Origin: Sphagnum compactum
Taxonomy: Eukaryota
Length of the DNA stretch: 64,000 bases
Direction of reading: 5' to 3'
Assembly: GCA_965153455.1 (NCBI GenBank)
Contig: OZ234494.1
Span: 2,976,001-3,040,000, forward strand
The position numbers and the translations under genes are program-made. How positions within the stretch are numbered: the first letter of the stretch is position 1; every line of letters starts with the position of its first letter. The notes below the pieces were generated by a model. It saw only the letters and a program-made list of their open reading frames with translations. It did not search any database and had not been told where the DNA came from. Positions 56,295 to 64,000 of this stretch are shown here, piece by piece.

Positions 56295-57990
56295 CTGGTT
56301 TAGGAGCACTTGAAGAAGATGGCAGGCTTGTTCATGAACAGCTCATTCAAACTGAGTGCGACTCTGATGTTGTTGTGGGGAATAGCTTGGTTGATATGTA
56401 TGCAAAATGTGGGAGCTGTGATGATGCTTTGAAGGTGTTCAACAATATGCCGTCTCAAGATATGGTCACTTGAAACACCTTGACAATGGGAGATGAAATG
56501 GGCAAGGGCAGAAGGCACTGGAATTATTTCAGAAAATGCAACAGGAAGGTGTGCAGCCAGAGACTCTGTGGCGGTGCTGAATGCATGTGCTATTGCAGGT
56601 GCCCTTGAGAGTGTTCACGATAAGATCATTGAAAGTGGTTGCGAGTTTGATGTCTTTGTGGGGAGTAGCTTGGTTGACATTTATGCAAAGTGTGGGAGCA
56701 TGGAGGATGCTTGGAGAATGTTCAACAGGATGCCATCTTGGAATGTAGTCACCTTTACTGCTATGATATCGGGACATGTGAAATGTGGCCAAGGGCAGAA
56801 GGCCCTGGAACTATTTTGACAAATGCAAGAGGAGAATGTGCAACCAAACTCTGTTACTTTAATGGGGTTGCTAAATACATGTGCCAGCATGGTCGCACTT
56901 GAAGAGGGCTTCAAGTGGTGTGCTCATGAGCAGATCATTCACAGGGGCTTGGAGTCAGATGTTTTTGTGGGGGAGTAGTTTGGTTGACATGCATGCACAG
57001 TGTGGGAGCATGGAGGATGCTTGGAGTGAGTATTCTAGCGGTGGCTCTGCAATGTCAAACACATTGCACAAGGACAGGGGTCAAGCATCCTCAAATCATG
57101 GTCTAGCATCGTCGTAAAGGCAATTGAACAATTCCTTTTGTCAACAAGCACGAAATGACAAAAATGTCATTAATACAGAGGTGTAGATCTGAACCTTCAT
57201 TCTTCTCTCACTAAAGACTAGCCTTCTAGCTGCTTCAAACACTTGGGGAGAGAAAGATAGCTCTTCGTCTCCTTGTGTCCCTGGGCTCTTCCTGTGGCCA
57301 TTCTGCCAGACAGCAATAGATCAATGTATGGTTTGTAAGGCTTCCAATGAGCTATCTGTCAGAAGTGAGGAGGATGCTTGGAAAGTCTTCAACAAGATGC
57401 AATCTCATGATGTCGTCTTTTGGATCACCGTGGTATTGGGACATGTGAAATGCAGGCAAGGGCAGAAGGCACCGGAAATATTTTGACAAATGCAACAAGA
57501 AGAAGGTCTGCAGCTGCCAGACTATGTTGTTTTATGCGGGGGTGCTATAAATGCATGTTGCTAGTGTAGTTGCACTTGAAGGAGGGCAGGAGTGTGTATG
57601 AGTAGATCATTCAAATTGGTTGCAAGTTTGATGTTCCAATATCACGGTGATCCAAAAGACGACATCATGAGATTGCATCTTGTTGAAGACTTTCCAAGCA
57701 TCAATGCAGGCAAGGGCAGAAGGCACCGGAAATATTTTGACAAATGCAACAAGAAGAAGAAGGTCTCTGCAGCTGCCAGACTATGTTGTTTTATGCGGGG
57801 GTGCTATAAATGCATGTTGCTAGTGTAGTTGCACTTGAAGGAGGGCAGGAGTGTGTATGAGTAGATCATTCAAATTGGTTGCAAGTTTGATGTTCTGTCG
57901 GGAAGAGAGCTTGGGCCATGACATGTAATGCAAAAATGTGGGAGCATGCAGGATGCTTGGAGAGAGAGAGAGTGTTCAACAAGATTGTCA
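56295..57990 (+). pseudogene. PLS-class pentatricopeptide repeat pseudogene
   Basis: Repeated motifs such as VFVGSSLVDIYAKCGSMEDAWRMFNRMPSWNVVTFTAMISGHVKCGQGQKALELF*QMQEENVQPNSVT, with multiple stops, frameshifts, insertions and duplications. Confidence 0.9.
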
Positions 57991-60900
57991 GTTGTAGAAC
58001 ATGAACTAAAACCCTAATTCCTAGTGTTTGTTGTCTTACATGATATTTTTGCCAGGAACAGTCTTTTGTGCACAATCACTACTACAAAATGTACAAAATG
58101 TGGGTGCAGTTCACTAGTCCCCGTTCACTAGACTAATGAATTTACTGCTTCTTCACTGGTCCTTGTTCACTACAACCAGTGGATTCACTCAAAATCCAAT
58201 GAAATCACTTGGCGTACATGGACACCTTTTGTTGTAGTGAATGAACATGTTTTTCCCTTTTGACAACCATATCAACAATTCTGGCGATAAATTTTGGGTG
58301 ATAAATTGAGGTGAAAGTTTTGGTGTATAAAATTTTGGTGAACTTGGTGATTTTTGGTGATTTTTGTGGATGATACATAAGTCTATGTGGTTTTATGTGC
58401 CAATGGTAATTTTTGAATTTGTGGACAAGATGTTGAGGATTAATTGAACCCAATCTTATTGAATGTTTTTTGGTCATATTTCAGCTCAAAATCCCAAAAC
58501 CATAAACTCGTATATATTTCCATTTAAATATTACATGATCATCTCCCTCTATTTAAAATTCCTTGACACCAATCAGAAGTTTTCCATCCATTATGATAAA
58601 TAAACCTTTGCAAGTCTTGTAACTAAAATACTTGTTTGGCATATTGGCCCTCGTGTACTTTTTTACACTGGATTCACACCAAGGTGGTGGTAAAAGGGAG
58701 TAACCTAAAGGAATAAAAAACTAACCCTAATGCTATCCCATTCACACAAAAGGGGGGTTACCTATATATATGGCAAATGACATGCCCATTGGGGTTAAGT
58801 GGGGGATGATGAGTGTGTTGGGGGGTATCTTTTTAACCCCAGGAATAAATATCTTCATTTTTTTCTAGATTTTGGGATCAAGTTAGGGTGAAATTTAGGA
58901 GGTTAGTTTGATTTCAAAGGGTTAAGTTAAAAAATGCACACTTTGGTGATAATTTGCCAAACTATGAAAGCCATTTAGGATTGATTTGATGTGGTCAGCT
59001 TCAGCCTGACCTCTAGTGTGACTTTATGAAGTGGTGGTACTAAGGAATTGAATGAGAAGAGAAAGGAATTCTTTTGAAAAGATTTACAAGGAGATTTGTT
59101 AGAGTTATCGGGTAAAGTCACCCTCTCTTCACCGTCTTTGGGCCTGCTTTCACCCCCTATCCATAATATCCGTAAAATAATAAGGAAATTTTATTAAATC
59201 TCAGCACTTACGAAATGCTAAAAAACTCTGCATTTAAAAAGGTTTGAGAGTAGTAGTGATAGTAGTTGTACAGGTAGGAGTAGTGGAAAATATTATGTAG
59301 CAGCAGTGGGGGTGCTCTGGAAAAAGGAAAGACAGGATGAAACTCAGTTTGCCACCAAAACCAAAATAGGTGGAAAAACTAGTTTGAGTACCAGTTATTT
59401 TGCTTTGTGAACTTTTTCATTCCCAGTTACACGTTTGATTCCCTATTGTGCCACCAAAACTGGTCGTTCTCACCCCCTAATCACACGACTTTATGGGATA
59501 ATTCTAATATCCAAATGCAGTTTAGTGAATGTAAGTATAACTATTTAAATGACTGCAAAGACATAGCATGCCCACTTTAAGGGAGTAGGCATAGCATCCC
59601 TCCTAGGAGGGATATCCATGGATATTAGGTGCCTTCCACATACAGTAAAGGAAATTTAGGGGAGTGCTTTTTAGGTTAGGAGGGGGTCTAATGTGGTTGT
59701 TTTTTGACCCACTCCTTCCTTGGCCTAGATGGTCTCCATGTGATATAGGTGAACTACTTACTACAAGTCTAAATGTTGTACATGTTTTTAAGCTTTTACT
59801 TGGTCTTTTTCATAACACAGGTGGACACACTTATTATTCTAATTAAATAGAGTAATAATGTTTACATTATTGAGAAAATGAGGAAAAAGATTCAATACTA
59901 AGAGCAACTCTTGAAGCAATGAATGCATTGTATTTGAGGCACTACTTAGTTTGTGATAATATCGATATTTATCACATCCAAATTTAGTATTAAAATTTGT
60001 GTGTTCCTTCCCAACCCACAAAGAGTAAACGTCGGGATAACATCAATCTATGAAGGAAAGATTGTTTGTTTTTGTTTTGTTTTGTAGTTATGAGATCCAT
60101 GGAACTGGGATGGGATGCTTCAGGTCTTCTTGTTCTTGGTGTCTTTGGAAAGCTCTTGACGAAGAGGGGGTGCATGCATGGACTTAGTTCCATGACGTTT
60201 GGACTTGCCATGGCAAAAGTTCTTGCATATTGAATGATTTTTTTTCATTGAAAATTGAATTAAATCGTAGCTGAAGTTTTTGGGGGAATCGGAATGTGCC
60301 TTTGGTGTTGTCGGAAAGATCTTGATGAGCATGATTTTATGGAAATTATTTGGTGAAGAAAGCCCATGCCAGTTTACTCATGTTCTAAGAGAGCTTAAAA
60401 TTGTGTGAAAAGCTTGGGTCAAATAGACACGCCAAGCTTGACTAAGTTTAAAGGTCTGGGGAGGGAGTGTTTATTGTAGGCTTGGTCACAAAGTGGTATC
60501 ATATAGGTAGCTACGTAAAGTCCCCTTTTTCTAGTGGGAAAAAAAAAATTGGTAGAAAGGGTGCTTGCTTGACACATGCACAAAAGTCATTGCCAATAAT
60601 TTGCCTAGAGACTTTTTTTTTGATTATGAGAGAGTGCATTTTGCACGGCCCCGGGATGGATGTAGGGCAAATGTGTAACTCTTTTGGATTATTGTGGCCC
60701 CAGTGAACAAGCACCCCACCAGCGTTACCATCCACTGGATGCCCGTTATTACTCTCACTTGTGGATGAACCTTAACTGAGTTAGTCTTTGGTTTCACCTT
60801 GGTAACCATGTCTGTAGGAAAATAGGTCTTGTACATAGGTAGATAGGTAGGAAAATAGGTAACTACTAAGTAAGTAAGTAAGTAGATGGTTTAAACATAG

Positions 60901-61405
60901 GTAAGGGCTGTTTATTAGTACCTACCTATGAGCAACCTGCTTGTGGGTGATGAAACCCTGGTTAACCCTTGTGGGTTAGGTAGGTTTAAACCCAAAAAAA
61001 AAAGGCAACCTGAGATAATCACCATGGTTCCCTAGGGAACTGGAACTCAACAGAAAATTGTTTCTAGACCACTTACCATTCATCCTTCATTGGTGCTGGT
61101 TCAGTGTGGCCCATACTTCATGATTGTTGTGAAGTTTGATGACATTTTATGGGTACTCACTCACTCACTCCCTCACTCCCTCACTCACTCACTCACTCCT
61201 TTCCTTGCTTTGTGTGACACTCATTTGCGGGAGCTAGGTTGCCTAACCATCATGCATGCAAAGTGGGTCATACTTATTCGAGCTCCACGTAGCTACTACG
61301 CACTACCAGTGATGATCAACTATTTTATTTTATTTTATTTTTCTTTTATGTTTTCTTCATATGGTTTTTAATAATGGAAAATTTTTAATTCACACCTTTT
61401 TTGGT

Positions 61406-61572
61406 TAAATTCACACCCTTCGCGCGTCCGATTTTATGCAGATTAAATTTTTAAGAGTATGTTCCTTTATCAGTTCAATTACTTCTGCGGGCAAAGTTCT
61501 CGAGTTGGGCCCTGATTGACCACAGACCCCCACACTTGCGTCCTTCCACGTTCAAGAAAGGGTGTGAATTTA
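61406..61572. mobile_element. Small element bounded by perfect 15-bp inverted repeats (MITE-like)
   Basis: TAAATTCACACCCTT at 61406-61420 and AAGGGTGTGAATTTA at 61558-61572. Confidence 0.4.
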
Positions 61573-64000
61573 TAATTCATCATTATTTATGTCAATGTCA
61601 AATTTAATTTAAAATAATATGTATATACATTTCATGAACATGAAAACACACACATATTTTTAATTTTTTAATTGTTTTTCATATCCATGTTGGTGGTGGA
61701 TAGGGGAAAAAAGATGAGATAGTTATAAAATAAAGATAATTATTAAAACAAGGTGAGAGAATAGTTATTAAGAAAGTTAATAGGAAAAAAAAGTAGTTAT
61801 TTTTTAAAAAAAAAAGAAATAGTTGAACTTGAAATGAGATAATTATTTTTGAAATTGTCTTTGGAATGGTCCAAAAAAACCCCCCCATATATCAGTTCCA
61901 AACAGATTTTAAAATTATTTGTATTATTTTCGAAATTTGGCAAATATTCAGAAAAACGAGAATATTGTGACAGAAAAAAATATTCCCTCCCTTTTTTGTT
62001 TTTTAAAATTTTCTCATTTTGAAGAAAAAAACACGATTCTAGTTCCGGTTCCACTTTGGAGAATCCGTCTCCATTCTTCGGATCCGGTTCTTTTGCAGTC
62101 GGAACTGGAACGGACCGTTGTGGCAAAGCGGGCGGAGAGCGTCCTCCGCACGAGAGAGGAGAAGCACTGAAGAGGGCGACGCCGAAGAGATCTCCTTCCC
62201 GGCAAAGGACACGCCCAGGATGACGGCGGTTGCAGGTCCTTGTGGAACTCAGCAGCAAGGACGGGATCACAGATCTCTCTCTCGCTGGTTGGCAAGCAGA
62301 GAGAAAGGGAGGGAAGAACGGGGGTGAAAGAACGGCAGGTTTTGTGAAACAAAATCTGAAGCTTTTTGGTTAGGTTTCCAACCAACCTTTTGAAAGCTCC
62401 TTTGGCTGACTGGCTTGTAAAGCAAAGGGTAAATTTTTGTTGGGGTTTTGTCGCTTACCCGCAACGAACGGAGAGCAACATGCAGGGAAGAAGAAGGAGA
62501 AGAAGAAGAAGAAGAAGAAAATGCTAGGGATTGTTGAGACGATGATGTTGTGATGCGAGGAAACTTTTTTTAGTTGGTAGTAGCTGTTGGGAATGATCAA
62601 GAGTCGTGCTGCTGGATTTGATCTGGTGGCAAATCAAATTCATGAGGCCATGGAATCGAAGCAGGTTTTGCCGGGGCGGGCAGGGGACGCGGGAGTCGAT
62701 GACATTCAACTTTTCTGTAAGACACATTTCTGAGGGTTTCTTTCTTCACAAATTGGGGAGGAAAAAAAGAAAATAAAATGCAAGAGATGTGCGTCTAGGG
62801 TTTGATGTTGTTTTTTAAGACACATTTGTTCTTGTGCTCTAGACTTTCTTCTTCTTCTTCTTCTTCTTCTTCGGATGTGAGATCTGTATGTATGTATGTG
62901 TATCTGATGTATGCACACGTGTGCGTTCCGGAGGTTTTGAAATGAAAATCTTGAATAGAATTTTTTGGTGTGTGTGCTTTGATAACGAGGTGTCAGTGTG
63001 TTCCTGTTGTTGGCAGCAGTGGAGAGATACCTATGACATCATTGATATCAAGGCCAACTGAAATCTGATTCTTGTTTTGTGGAAGAGGAAGCAATTGAGC
63101 ACCTCACCAGAGGAATTGAAAGGGAGGTTCTGATGAGATAGTCAAGGACAATCACGCGATAGCAATTGAGTGTTTCTAAAGTACTTGTGGTGCCATATTG
63201 GAGTCACTTTTGAGAACTGTGACGATGTGTAATTTGGCTGCTATTCCATCCCTGGCCACAACACACATGTGACAGTCACTGGCATGATTGCTCTGCAGAG
63301 GACCTTAGTGTTGGGAGAGATAGAAGGGCTAGGGACAGAAAATGGTGTAGGTGGATTCTAGGGCATGTGAGATCCTCCATAGTATTCTTCTTCCTGATTG
63401 GTAGGTCTCAGGCATCCAGACTATGGATTGATGCAGCAGCAGGCTTGCTAAGAGATGTCTGAGAGAGAAGTGGAATGAAGGGTTTCTTTGCAGCGGCAGA
63501 ACTGGCCACATATCTGTAGCTTCAGACAAGACGGTTGCCAAGTGCGCAAGACAATCAATAAGCACGGAAGCTTTGCAGAGTCCAGACATCGTTTGTCTGA
63601 GTTCAATCAAACTCTAAATAGCTTTCTTGCTTGCTTTCATAGCGGATGATGGACCATCTTCCTCAGCATTGTGTTGAGATTATTGTGGAAAAGGTTGCAC
63701 AGTCAGAGGATGTGATTGATGCAGCCGTCTCTCTTGCCCGCCTTTCATGTGCATCCAAGAGCCTTCATGATGCAGCTATGGATGCGGGAGGTTGGAGGGC
63801 ATCTGTTCAGCTGCACTTTGGGGTTAACTTCTCCACGAGTAAAAGGGCAGCTGTCATGTTCAAACAATGGTACAGCTTTGCCAGAGAAGAGCTTGCTATC
63901 ATTGAGTCAAAGAATCAGGAGCTGAATGACCAGAATCTGACAGCCCTTGATGAACTCAGAAGAGAAAAACTGCTTTCAATTCACCTTCGGGTGAAAAATG

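Noticed and set aside
58077-58245. CACTACTACAAAA followed by TTCACTA motifs, a possible CACTA left end
   Set aside because: No convincing partner TIR or transposase.
62100-64000. Gene-like region with a possible short exon (ATG 62593, donor near 62717) and downstream GC-balanced sequence
   Set aside because: No sustained reading frame or recognisable domain after trial splicing. It may be the 5' UTR of a gene beyond the window or a decayed gene.

Overview
Eukaryotic, repeat-rich land-plant DNA with spliceosomal introns. A bryophyte such as a peat moss is likely; this is inferred from the Tcn1-like chromovirus, CRE-like LINEs and PLS-PPR relics, and is not proven. Three apparently intact host genes are present: a CDF-like Dof transcription factor (3 exons, minus strand, 22793-25704), plastid thioredoxin z (4 exons, minus, 30690-31968) and a long intronless AP2/ERF factor (plus, 51991-54207). 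There are two pseudogenes: a 3'-only GH47 alpha-mannosidase (MNS3-like) fragment, and a decayed PLS-type PPR gene preceded by exons encoding an OSB-type PDF ssDNA-binding motif. The mobile content is one very young, intact Ty3/Gypsy chromovirus (8978-14891, TSD CACAT) inserted into a degenerate CRE-like RLE-endonuclease LINE, a second LINE copy, a non-autonomous Helitron, a decayed hAT element, Tourist-like MITEs and many tandem arrays. The most notable signals are the apparent PDF-motif/PPR fusion, the tRNA-independent self-priming PBS and -1 frameshift pseudoknot of the chromovirus, and a duplication-inversion-duplication scar in the PPR pseudogene.
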